Below are positions 13,674 through 25,775 of a stretch of DNA of 64,000 nucleotides, piece after piece. This DNA is from Camelus ferus (taxonomy: Eukaryota). Within the stretch, counting starts at the first letter, position 1, and every line of letters begins with the position of its first letter. Below the pieces are notes generated by a model, which was not told the DNA's origin, did no database searches, and was given only the letters and a program-made list of their open reading frames with translations. The stretch spans positions 19,530,001 to 19,594,000 of the forward strand of contig NC_045719.1 of assembly GCF_009834535.1 (NCBI RefSeq), in the 5' to 3' direction. The translations under genes were made by a program, and so were the position numbers.

Positions 13674-14307
13674 TGTAACCAAGCGGGACCCTATGGGTCC
13701 TTCCTCCAGTTGCCTCCTCTTTTTAGAAAAACTTTAGCCTCCCAGGCCTTCCCCAAGTTCCAAAGAATAAAGAGAATTCAGGGTTCAAAGAATAAATCAA
13801 AATTCAATCAGAGAAGCAAAGAAATGCAGAGATGAAGAAAAACAGTCAAGCAAGACAAAATAATTATAGTTCAGCCATCAAACTCAAGGATCTTTAGTTT
13901 TTCCTCAAGGGCTATAGATAATATTCTGAGCCATATCCTTTGAGCGGTTTTGCAGTTACTAAAATCCCCACCAGGGGAAGAAGCTAGAACTGTATGTTGA
14001 CCACACGCGTGTAGACCCAAGACCTGTTGGAACCAGAAGGTTGATAATGTTGACACCCAGTTATGTTACCACCAACCAGTCAGAGGAATGTCCACTAGCT
14101 GAGTACACACCCCACAACCCTCTCCCTCACCCTCTTTTTTAAAACCTTTACCCTGAAAGTCATCAGGAGAGTTCAGGACGGTTGAGCCACCAGGACTTCT
14201 TGTTGGGTGCCTGCAATAAATGCTGCACCTTCCATCACCACAACTTGGTGTCAGCCAATTGGCTTTACTTCCCGCAGGCGAGCAGACCCGAGTTTGGTTT
14301 GATAACG
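13674..14307 (+). mobile_element. ERV1-class solo LTR (about 630 bp)
   Basis: Starts TGTAACC and ends ...gagtttggtttgataac(g), a decayed ...gtaaca end; CCAAT-like aaccagtcagag, TATA-like tttaaaa, AATAAA at 14215-14220; no internal ERV sequence; TSD not clear. Confidence 0.8.
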
Positions 14308-14399
14308 ATGCTGACCAAAGAAAAGTGTCACCATGAGCATGAAGTCATTCCCACAAGGTTTCATTATTTAAAACACTTCATTGTGGACTGATTGCATTT

Positions 14400-14505
14400 T
14401 CAAGCAAATTTTCCTGGGAACAGAGATCAGGTCCTGTCTGTCTTTGTTTAGCATTGTTTAGCACCTCACATAATGCCTCTCAATAAATGTGTTGAATTCA
14501 TGAGT
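14400..14505 (+). mobile_element. LINE-2 3' end fragment
   Basis: cctgggaacagagatcaggtcctgtctg...ctcaataaatgtgttgaat is an L2 terminus. Confidence 0.55.
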
Positions 14506-15924
14506 CATAAAAATGAACCAACACAAGTTGTCTTCTAGGTTCCTATACGGGCATTGTGATGACTCTCAAACGAAGAGATGTAGACAATGGGCAAATAGAA
14601 ACCTGGCAGACACAAACGTGAAGTGGAAGGAACTTTTTTTTTTCTTTCTAGTAGATGAAGTGGTGCAAACTATTGTGGAAGGAGGATCAGAGATCAACAG
14701 AACAAACCACGTAAACTCCCCCAGCCCAGACCCTTCCTGTACCCCCACAATCCAGAGATGGGGGCATCTTCTCACAAGGGGCCCAATTCCTTCCCCTGCT
14801 GATCTCTCCCCTGGTCACTCCTGCTAGTTCTTCTTGACAAGCCAGTCCCTTCCTACTGTTTTTGTCTCAGTTCCAGCGGAGGCGAAAGTTTTCTAGAAAA
14901 CTTCAATTAGTTTTTCATTAATTCCTTTTTGTAATAAAGTTTTTTTGTTTGTTTGTCTGTTTCACCGAACACTTATAAGCTACATGTCAATCTCCAAAAC
15001 AATACCTCCATCACTGAAATGGCTTGAGCTGCCTGTGAGTTTATTGAAACTCCTGGTTTTCAGTGATTTGATTTTTGAGAAGCGGAGCACTGGGGTTGCC
15101 TTACGTATTTTATGTCTGGGAAGTGTTCTGGTTGGTGTCCCCCACACCTCTTGCTTCACTGAACATCTATGGAATGATGGGGAAAGAAACTGACTGCAGA
15201 TAAAGTAAGGAACATGACTAAAATTCTCCTGAAACAGTGATTCCACCAAAAGCAATTAAAAAAAAAATAGATGGGCTAACTTCCCCTTGTCCTTGGATTT
15301 GTAGTTATTGTCCCCCCTCTAATTCACACTTCCTTTAATCCCGTTATCACCCACCTCACCCCTGCCTCACCTACTTTCTCAGGTTCACCAGTGCTTTCTC
15401 CTTCCCACGGCCCAAACAAATTATTTAAATGACTGTTTCATGTTACACATTTAGAGCTGTCATAGTCATTATTGAGGTTAATCAGTTGAATGATAACTAT
15501 GAACAGGATGAATCTGATTACTTCTCTTTTATGGAGTTGGAATAACATAGGATACTATGAGGTTAAGTGGGCTCGAATCAGCAGTGGGGTCAAAACGAGG
15601 ACTCAAGTGTTCTCAGTCGTAAACAATGCATTTTTTCCCTTACATCTCCCAACTCACATAGAATCAAATATATGTCAGGTAGTTATCATTTGAAAATAGA
15701 ATGCCCCCTTCTAAAAAATGCATTAAATGCTGGCTCAGTCCCAGTTTGAGTTAAGCTATATCTGTCCTCTGCTGGGATTAGACTTTTCCAGGTGTGCCTG
15801 GTAAGCTGGAATAATAGATTCAAGAGGACATTTTGGGGCTTCCTGAACTCTAAGGAGTCTCCAAGAAAACATTTTTTCGTAAGGCAGGTTTTTTTTTTTA
15901 AATGAAGCCTAAAGACCTATTTTT

Positions 15925-16330
15925 TTAAAGACCAGGGAAATTATAAAATCATCACAATAGATACTGAAAAAATAATTTAGTAAACTCAGCATATATTTAC
16001 ATTGAAAAGTTTTAGAAAAGTATGATTAATAGAAATGTCCTTATGTTTTTCTTAAGGCTATCTATGATCCAAATAAAACACTATCCTAGATGGAAAATCT
16101 TATAAATATTTACTTCAAAATAAAGGAACAAAGTAAACATGTCATTTATGATTACTTTAATTCAACACTGTGCTGGGGACACTAGCCATCACAATAAGAC
16201 AAGAAACAAATAGACATCGAAAAAATGGGACTATTAGCCTATTATTATATATTATGCAATTTTTTAAATAAAAAGTACAGAAGTGTCTATAGTAAGGTTA
16301 AAAATGCTTGGAGTTTGGTAAGGCAGCTAT
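15925..16330 (+). mobile_element. Ancient L1 ORF2 (RT region) remnant
   Basis: atcatcacaatagatactgaaaaa and ttcaacactgtgctggggacactagccatcacaataagacaaga correspond to conserved L1 RT blocks; many stops. Confidence 0.65.
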
Positions 16331-17665
16331 ATATGAGGTCAAGAGATGATTCAACTACATTTCTACGCAACAGCCTAAAACATTTAGAAATTTAAAAGCT
16401 GCTTACAGTACTTGTTCAAATTGTAGCTTTCTCTGCTCTACCCAGATCCCACTAAGTCAGGAGTTCTTTGAGTGGAGCTCTGAAATCTCCATCTTAAATA
16501 GTTTTAGGGCAATGCGCTTCTTAATCCATTAAAGTTTTCATGGTACCATCTTAAAGAAACAGTCGACTCCACACTATTTGGGCTCTATGCTTAGAGGTTT
16601 TTGTTTCTGTGTGGTGATCCAACCTAAACCAGTTTCCCAGAGGTAAACATCTCTTGATATTTCTAGAGAACATCCAGCTTGGATACCAGGAATTTTTTCC
16701 TTCGTATGTTGTTGAAATGTAGGTGTTCATGTTTGGTTCATCATTTTGCATCAACATTTAAGATTAAAATTCGCCTATGTTATCTTTCTTTATTTTATGT
16801 TTATCCACTTTTCATATCTAAATAAGGTCATATTAGTATTATAAAATGAGTTGACAGTCTCCTTTCTATCTGATACTGAATAGTTTTTGTAAGATTTGAA
16901 ATTATTTGTTCACCCTAACATGAGATAAAAATGCTAAAGCAGGACTGGAATGGAGCAGAGGTTCCTTCCTATGATGAGATCTCAGTGTTGTCCTCTTGGA
17001 AAGTCCTTCCTCTTGGAAATAACTTCTTTATTAGGGAGGAAAGTCTGGGTTGGAGGTAGTTTCAAAATGGCTTTTCTTCTTTTCCTGCCAGGGTTACCCA
17101 TTTTTGAACCCTCCCTATGAAAGCTTGGTGGGTTTCAGAAGAAAAAGCATGCAAACGTCTGGGGTCCAGTAATACTGCACCCCAGGGGTTTCTTTCATGC
17201 AAGTTCACACTCAAGTCTCCAGCAGTTCATCAGAATTGCTGGTTAAGTGTTTGAACACTTTATGGCATCTGGCCACCTTTCCTGTAGGTGAGCAAATCTC
17301 ACATCCTGTGTTTCTCTGAAGGCAGATTTTTCTCCCCACCATGGAGTGTCAGTCTGTGTCCTCATTTTTCTGAGGGGACCAAATTTGTTCATATTCAGTT
17401 TGCCCAGCCTTTTCTTGTCAGAAGGATGGGAATGATGAATCCCGAGAACTTTAAATGCTGAACAAGAAACTGAAATGATGGACACGTATTTCTCAATATT
17501 CAAGCACAGGCAATTTTTCTTTCTAAATGATTAGTATGCAATTTTAATTTAGCTTCATTGTGCTTATAGCAGTTTGAGATTTGCCTTTGTGAGAGTATAT
17601 GGTGATTTCTTGTAAATTTTCCATATATGAGGGTAACATTATTTGCTTTCCAGTCACTAGGTAAA

Positions 17666-17668
<3 letters not shown>

Positions 17669-17704
<36 letters not shown>
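17669..17704. repeat. (AC)18 microsatellite
   Basis: Direct reading. Confidence 0.97.
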
Positions 17705-17706
<2 letters not shown>

Positions 17707-17879
17707 ACACACTCCATGTGTGTGTGGCATGTGTACATAAATGTTACATATATGACACTTCAACTAAAAACTAAAAAAAGTGCATCCACATAGTTACCTA
17801 TGTATATTTATATATCACACATATGTATCTGTGCATGTTTGTGTATATATATATAAAATCTCCTTTAGACCAAGCCTTA

Positions 17880-18960
17880 AAATTTCTGTACACTTAACAA
17901 TTTTATTTCTTAATCAGACAGTTATTGAGAATCTTATGCTCCCATTTTTCACCATAACATTATATTTGTTTCTCCTGAAAACATGTAGATATATCTTTTT
18001 ATATTTTGATACTGTTATTAGGTATATGCTAACATTTAATTATTGTATCTTCATTCTAAAGCAACCCTCTGGAACTTTGTGATGCTTTTTAGCACAACAT
18101 ATTTTGTCTGATAGTAATATACGTATCCTGGCTTTATTTTGATTAATGATTTATTCAGCATGTACTTTCCATTCTTTATTCACTAACTTTATATGTATTG
18201 GATGAGTATCATGTAAATGACAAAGCTGGGCTTTAAAAAATGTAATTTGATATTTTTGCTTGGGTGCAATGTTTCTTTAGTAATCTTTGGTCATTAGTGA
18301 TACTTGGATTTATGTTTACCACTTAATCATCCCATTTTGTTTCCATTTCATCTTTTCTATTTTCTTATCATATTCTTTGTCTTTAGATTAATTGTTCTTC
18401 TGTATCATTTTCTTTTACCTTTGCAAACTGAATTTTACAAATTCTACTGCTACTGTTTTAGAGATTATTCTAGAGCACCTAACTTATAAAAGCCTAAACA
18501 ATTAACTTCTTTAAGGAATGCCAGATGTTATTACACTTTCTCTATTGCATTTATGTTTACATACTTCAGTTTTGTGTAACTACAGTCTGTCATTTCTAAT
18601 TCCACAACACTTTATTATCATTGTTTAGCTAGATTTAACAGTATAGTCATCATTTTGTTTGTTCTCCATTCTTTTTTGCTTTTCAGCATTTACATTTAAA
18701 ATAAAAATTTTCTTATACCTAAATTATGTAATTCTTTGAGGATATATAGTTGGTAAACTGTCTCCACTTTGTGCATTTGGATAAAAAAAAAAACACTATT
18801 AGCTTTCTTTACCAATGTTTTGCCTGGGTGTGGAATTCTAAGTTAAAGTTATCTTCTCTAAGTCCATTGGAATTCTTATTCCTCCTTCTTGTGCTTTTCA
18901 TGGTTATTGTTAAGAAATTGGCATGTCTTGCAGATTATCATTTTTGTTTGCTTGCTGGTT
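17880..18960 (-). mobile_element. Ancient L1M fragment, antisense
   Basis: T-rich degenerate L1-like text (ttttgcctgggtgtggaattctaagtt...ttgtgcttttcatggttattgttaagaaattgg); subfamily not assignable. Confidence 0.5.
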
Positions 18961-19098
18961 TTAAAATATCATTCATTCACTATTTTTTTTTAATGAAAAA
19001 TGGAAAAATCCTAAGTAATATGGAAGATAAATATCTAAAACATGTCATATTGGCATCCAGCAAAAGGAATGAGGAAACATTAATATTCAAAGAGATAA

Positions 19099-19895
19099 TG
19101 TCAGGACCTGCCCTAGGCCCCAGGAGCTCCACAACCAGACGAGCTTGGATGTGGCACGGCCCGTCAGTGGGCTGGCACCAGCCCTGGGATGACCCAGGCC
19201 GCCCAGCCATGCTGTACCAGGACCCAGCCTCGCCCGTGAGTGGCCGGCAGCCTCCACACAAGGCAGGGCCTGGCAGCCAGCTGGTCGGGGAACCAGCCCC
19301 ACCTATCAGCACACCCATAGTAATCAGACGGACAAATGACCACACTACCCTCATGAGGGAAACCCTAGATCATCTGGCTTTGGTAATCAGAGGAGAGAGC
19401 GCTTCTGGGCACTGAAGGACATACCCTGCGTAAGGCCAAGATCAAGAAATGCGATTGACCTACCTAATACATGCAAATAAACACAGAGAATTAGGCAAAC
19501 TGAGGCAACAACAGAAATTTTTTTCCAAATGAATGAAGATAAAATACCAGAAGAAGAACTACAGTGATCCAAAATCTATGGGATGCAGCAAAAAGCAGTT
19601 CCCAGAGGGAATTTTATAGCAACATAAGCCTACCTCAGGAAACAAGAAAAATCTTAAATAAACCATCTAACCTTACACCTAAAAGAACTAGAAAAAGAAG
19701 AAACAAAACTCAAAGTTAGTAGAAGGAAAGAAATCATAAAGACCAGAGCACAAATAAATGAAATGGAGACGGGAAAAATAAAAAATAAAAAAGATTAATG
19801 AAACTAAGAGCTGGTTCTTTGAAAAGATAAACAAAATGGGTAAACTTTTAGCCAGACTCAGCAAGAAAAAAAAAAAAAAGATGACCCAAATAAAT
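19099..19895 (+). mobile_element. Cetartiodactyl-type L1 fragment: 5'UTR plus ORF1 start joined directly to ORF2 (internal deletion)
   Basis: GC-rich 5'UTR (cagcctccacacaaggcagggcctggc), ORF1 start region (agagaattaggcaaactgaggcaacaacagaaa...ccagaagaagaacta), then from about 19568 the ORF2 block QNLWDAAKAV...KINETKSWFFEKINK (tccaaaatctatgggatgcagcaaaa; agctggttctttgaaaagataaacaaa). Confidence 0.9.
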
Positions 19896-19939
19896 AGAAA
19901 AATTGGCCCTTGGAGCTATGGAATAAATATTCGTTATCT

Positions 19940-20230
19940 TTTATAATTAGAGTAATGCATTTAAAATAACACTATGATATCACTTCTTACATGTTAGCCT
20001 GAAAAAATTAAAAACGGGAATACATTCTGTTGGCAAAGTTGAGACAAACAGGCACTCCTAATATATGGCTCTTTGATATACAAATTAGTACAGCCCTTTG
20101 GGAAGGAAAATTGGTAATACCTAACAAAACTTAATATGTAATTATTTTGGCCCAGAAATCCTACTTCACATAGGTATAGATGTACCAGTATGTGTCCCTA
20201 TCAATGTAGGTAAATTTATGTAGCTAAATG

Positions 20231-20287
<57 letters not shown>

Positions 20288-21560
20288 AAACAGATACAGA
20301 TGTATCTCTGTGTTTTTGTATTTATGTGTATGTGTGTATGGATAGATAGATAGGTAGGTAGATAGATGATAGACAGATAGATAGATATAGAAATGTGTGC
20401 ATAGACATGAGGTTAGTATATAAATATATATTTCTTACACTTGTCTCCTGATGAGGCTTAGAGGCAATGACACCCCAGGAGCAATGAGCACGCAGATCTT
20501 GCTTGCTAAGCACCAATTTTTAATAAAAAGGAACAAATTCTCTCTGGAAAAGTGGTGGATGCCAGCTCTCAGGGAAGGAAGACACAAGATAACCCTGCAG
20601 CATCTTATAGTACCAAAAAGTATAAATGTCTCAAGAAGAATAGGCATTTGTTCAAACAATATAGGGATCAGCCTGAAGAAGCTGCTAATGGCCGAAGCTG
20701 GAACAATTTGGGCAATGGAACTAGTAAGAAAGAGCCGAATTTTAACCTATAGAATAAAATAAGTACTGTGAATCCATTCTGATTTAAACAAATCATTAAA
20801 TATAAAATATAGGAGAAAAATGGTAATTCCTTCTTACAGTAGATTTCCTGTTAATTAACGTAGAAAGAAAACACTAAGAAGAAAACAGCAGAATAGTTAT
20901 AGGTAAGGTCCCTTGATGGATGCTAACGTTAGTGAGTAACAGCGTGTAAAGATACAGGACTTGTATATTTTCAAATTATCTGCCTCTCGCTCAATATTTA
21001 TTAACTAGAAATGGAAAGTGTGTATCTTTATAGTGCAGAAACTCAAACAGGCAGGAGAAATCAAGTGAAAAAAGTTAACATCAGCAAAAGTGAGATAAAA
21101 TGATAGCATGAATCTTCTGGTATGATGCCCTGAGAACACAGGATCATGTCTGTGGGATTTTTGCCAAAAATACATAACTTCAATCTAAGTATAAGAATAT
21201 CTCAGACAAACCTTGACTGAGGGGCATTCTGCACAATAATTGACCAATATTCTTTGTCAACAACATGAAAGCAAAGGAATAACTGAAGGAATGTTGTAGG
21301 TGAGAGGTGACAAATAAAAAATCACTACTAAGTGTGGTGTGATGTCCTCAAATAGAAAAAGAACATTGTGAAAAAATGGTGAAATTTGAGCAAGAGATAC
21401 GGTTTTGCTAACAGTGTCGTACCAATAGTGTTAATTCCTGGTCTGAACACGTTCATAGTTATGTAGGTTGTCGACATTAGAAGTAGCTGGGTGAGGCATG
21501 CCCAAGCATTGTTTTTAGTATTTTTACAACTGTCTATAAGCCTAAAATTAGTTCAAAGTT
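19940..21560 (+). mobile_element. Ancient L1MC-type ORF2 end and 3'UTR
   Basis: gccgaagctggaacaatttgggcaa and terminal tttttacaactgtctataagcctaaaatt resemble L1MC 3' ends; contains embedded simple repeats. Confidence 0.7.
20235..20284. repeat. Compound (TA)18(CA)7 microsatellite
   Basis: Direct reading; followed by a degenerate (GATA)n tract at about 20340-20390. Confidence 0.96.
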
Positions 21561-22350
21561 CAAATCAAAGAAAGCTAATTATTGTCACGTCTGGGTCACA
21601 TTTTTTGATTTATCAACTTGTCATTATTTTGTTTTACCTCCTCAGGACATTTGTCATATTTTATATTGTTTTGCTTTAATTACAAGAGTTAAGTGCCTAT
21701 AAAAATCTGCAGCACAAAATATACGAATTAAAATGAGAAAGTCTTCCATAACTTCCTAAAGCTCCTATCTCGAAGGAAAATTGTCTTTTGAAGTATTTCT
21801 TTATTCCGGCTATGGACCACTCATTCTACAGCATGCAAAATATGTCTTCATGGTGTTTTATTATTAACTCAAAAATGTGATTAGCTTCCTTTGGTAGTGT
21901 GCAGTATTTATGAATGATTAAGGTAGAAAGACAATCTTGACACATATAAAGTAGCTTGCACTGTTCCACTTAAATATATAATTATTAAGTTTTAATTTAG
22001 TCCCACCTAATTCCTTTTGGACATTTATCCTAGAAGAGAAAGCACAAGAATAGTGTTCCAGTTCTGCAATTTATTTGCCGTTTTATCTTGAATAAGCTGT
22101 TCAACTATTGTAGTTCTCAATTTACCTGCCAAGAGAATAGGTAAATTCTCTCCCGTCTTTTAACTCCAAAGTGTTATAATTCTACCATGAGTGCTTAACA
22201 ATATAATTGCAAATAATGGGAAAGATGGATGGAAGACATATTCTTCTAGAGAATTAATTAGTCTGTCTCTGAGATCATGTTTGTGGCTAATCCGATGCTT
22301 GGTTTTTATATTTTAATTTCTAGGTATGTTTTCCTAGTTTCCAATCATAG

Positions 22351-22572
22351 CAAAGTGGTAAGATGATGGACTTTAGAGCCAGAATGCCTGGGTTCAAGTG
22401 AGACTCTGAGATTCCCTACCTGTGTGAACTTGAGCAAGTTACCTGAGCCCTCTGCCCCTCAGTTTCTTACATGAGGATAGTAATGCTTCCCCCATAGTGG
22501 CTTGATGAAGATCAGATGAGTCACATTGGGTAAAGACTTAGAATACACAGTGCCTCAGTATCTCATAAATAT
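22351..22572 (+). mobile_element. MIR SINE, near full length
   Basis: ggactttagagccagaatgcctgggttcaag...cttgagcaagttacctgagccctctgcccctcagtttc. Confidence 0.8.
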
Positions 22573-24589
22573 TATATAAGGTTTTCTTTTAAGTAAAATA
22601 CATGAATGCATTCTGGATTTGGTGCAGTTACAGTGGGTCATTTACTAATGTAAGAATGCCGTGTTATTTTTACTCTCAGAAAAGAAAAGAAGAAAAAAAA
22701 AAAAAACCCAGAAATCAGAGTGTCTTGAATCAGGATTTGCTTAATTTAGGAAATTAATCAAGTTTCTAGAAAATTAAAGAAATGTTAGAAAATTTATCAC
22801 AGATTCCCCCAAAATAAACTCCATCTCAAGAGGAAGAAGTAGCAAGTCATGGAAGGTTTGGTTTGTATATATGTACGTCTGCGTGTATGTATATGTGTAC
22901 ACATACACTTCTTTTCTGATGCACTGATGTTTTGGTCACAGACTGTCCGTGGCCATTTGAGAACTGGCAGCTCTTTCTTCCTCTGCATTCTCCATTGTCA
23001 TTGACATTGTTATAATTTATATTCATCTGATTATCGGAGTGTGGAGGCTGACATGTCCGGGAGAAATGGGTTTGAGCACAAGAGCTGCTTCTGGACTGAG
23101 ACAAACAAACAACAAACAAAAAGACTTTTCGATTCAGCAGTTTCCTCAAAGTGTATGATTCATAGATGAGTCATTCTCACGAAGTGGGTAAAATTCCCAT
23201 TTACAAAGTCAGAAATGAAAATAAAGTTGTTTTTAATTTAGCAGACAGAAGAATGGGATGAAATATGGAGCTCAAGAGGATCCTTCTGAAAATGGATTTC
23301 TAGCAGGAAAGTTTCACCCCTCCAAGCATAGAGATGCAAATTTCGCCTTCCATACGCTAATCAAGACTTGCTCTTTTTTGGCAAAGAAACAAAGGGAAGC
23401 CAGTCTAATCCCAAGTAAACCTGGCTTTTTCTTACTTGTTGGGTCTCACAGGAGAAGCAGATTGCAATGTTTAACTCTCTAATATACGCAATAAAAGATT
23501 TCAGCAATACTGTCGAGCTGACTCCTCAGCCATTCAACCCTTTTCATATTTTACATATTGCTATGCACCGTCGCTTGAGATTACTGTGTGCAAGAAAGCT
23601 TTGTTAGGATAGAGTAACCTGATGAATGTCAAAGCCAAATATATAGAGAGAGATACAGATATAAGGGAAGGGGCCAATCTGATTTCTGTTTGACTCCCAC
23701 ACAAATCATATTTCCAACACATTTCAATGAATCACCATTAGACGCCAGGCTGGCAGATATGACACGACACATTCTGGACATGGTTAGGAAGATAGATTTG
23801 GGATGTTTCAAACACAGCCCCTTGAAGGGCATTTTTTGGAAAAAAAAATAGAGAATATAACATCATATTATTTCTGCAGTATATTTTAACCGAAAGGTTT
23901 AAATGAGAATTGCACGAGATCTGTCTCCATGTAACCATTGCTGCCTTCTCTTTGTAGAGAGAAGCCATCCTTCATAATATATATATATATATTTATATTC
24001 TAGGATGGATTTTAGGTGAGTTCATAGAGAGGTGGTTTCTGCTACAGGAGAGTATTTATTTATGACCAGGTTGGGGGACCGCCATAGGAGAACTTGCCTT
24101 CAGCTGGGCGATGTGGGGAAAAGACCTTCAAGTGCACACATTGTGCCTGCTTTGCGTGCAGAGGAGGAGAAAAGGCCTTGCAGGCAGCATGACACTGTTG
24201 GACTCTTGGGGTTGGCTGAGCTGTAGGTGTTGGTCTCTATCTTTAGTTTCTGTCTCTCTAGATACAAGTGTCCCATCTCCACTGGTGAGTCTATTTTTCA
24301 GGAACAGCTGTGGGCATATGAGTCAGAGGCACTAAGATGCAAGAGGACTTTAAAAGTCCTCAATTTAAGATTATTTTTTGCTACCAATGATCTCTTGTGT
24401 ATGAGCCCTAGGTTTTGGAAAAAATTTATATGTATTTTTTTCACTATATTAATTTACATACAACTCTTTGAATGTGTTTTTGATATACCTCGATTAAATT
24501 GCATCTAAAGAATGTCTAACTTTATGATCTAATCTCATCACTCTTCTTTACTGATTCTAAATTCTTCTTTTGTGTATTGGTTTTCCTAG

Positions 24590-24649
24590 CTGAGAAAATC
24601 ATCAGCTATCAAAGCGTGGAAAGTTTATGCAGGAACCGAAGTATGAAAG
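24590..24649 (+). CDS. Speculative 60-nt internal exon (phase 1/1), AEKIISYQSVESLCRNRSMK
   Basis: Long polypyrimidine acceptor ...ttttcctag, donor AAG|gtacat, only one open frame; no protein recognised. Confidence 0.2.
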
Positions 24650-25059
24650 GTACATTGTAGCATTATGATATGAAACGGTCAGTTTGGAAGGAACTCGGCA
24701 TCTCCTGAGCCACATCTTTTATTTTGTAAGTGAGGAAATTCATACAAGAGTGATTCTTCCCTCCATCACAAAGCTACGGAAGGGAGCGGCTGGTCTAGGT
24801 TCCCATGTACTTCTGCAGAATAAACTCACATAGCACACGGTTGTCCTGAGTGAGAACTGTGATAGATATATCACCATGAATGTATAATTACACCCTTCCA
24901 ACACATACGCCTCATCTGTCTCCAACTCTCAAACCTGGACATCCAGGAAACGCTTCCGATCTTTGGAAAACCCTAAAACGATGTCTATACTACTGAATAG
25001 GAAAGGGAGGAGGTAAAATGATGCATCTCAAGTCAGTCCATTTATGTGTGTGGACAGCG

Positions 25060-25295
25060 CAGCATTTTAAAGCCCAGATCCCAGACTAGATTGCCTAGTT
25101 CAAGCCACAACTCCAGCAAGTTGTATAACGTGTCTGTTTCTCAGTTTTCTTGTCTGTAAAACTGAAGTAATAATAGCACCTCATTGAGCAGGGTTATTGT
25201 GAAGTTCAAATGAGTTAATATAGACAACTAACATCTACGTAAAGCATGTGAAACAGCACCTAACCTATAATCAGCACCATAAAACGTTAGTTGTC
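25060..25295 (+). mobile_element. MIR SINE
   Basis: ctcagttttcttgtctgtaaaactgaagtaataatagcacctc...ggttattgtgaagttcaaatgagttaata. Confidence 0.75.
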
Positions 25296-25384
25296 ACTCT
25301 TACCATCCAGTTGCTTGGAGCTGTAGGAGAGATGGTGAACACTTTTGTCAAGCAGGTGTCTAGATGGAACCAAATTTCTTTAGA

Positions 25385-25775
25385 CTTCTCTCCCAACGTG
25401 CTTCTCTCTCTGCCTGTGGCTTCATAGCTTTTTCCTTAGTGTTCTCTTAGAACAGCTGCTTCTTCTCCCCTTTCCTCTTTACCTCCTTAACTCTTCCTCA
25501 TTCTTCACAACGTAGTCTGAGTGTGACTCCCCTAGGGTCCTCTCCCTGATTCTATAACGCTCTTAAGCTGCTATGCTCACCTTCATCATATTTCTGGACA
25601 ATTTCACGTACCAAACTATATTGAAATCCTCTGTCTACTTGTCAATATTCCTCTAACAAACTGTAAGTACCGATATTCAGTATTACTGATGTGTCTCCAC
25701 CTACCACCATGCCCAGCACATATGAGATGCTCAAAAATATCTGTTCAAATAAACTGAATTGAACAAGCAATGAAC
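25385..25775 (+). mobile_element. LINE-2 3' portion
   Basis: Ends catgcccagcacatatgagatgctcaaaaatatctgttcaaataaactgaattgaa, the L2 terminus. Confidence 0.7.

Noticed and set aside
18750-19415. Longest ORF in the track (221 aa)
   Set aside because: Starts at TTG and runs across old L1 debris into the GC-rich L1 5'UTR; a composite chance frame with no recognisable protein
24115-24192. GEKTFKCTHC, resembling a C2H2 zinc-finger linker and first Cys pair
   Set aside because: No His pair, no repeated fingers, bounded by stops; chance match
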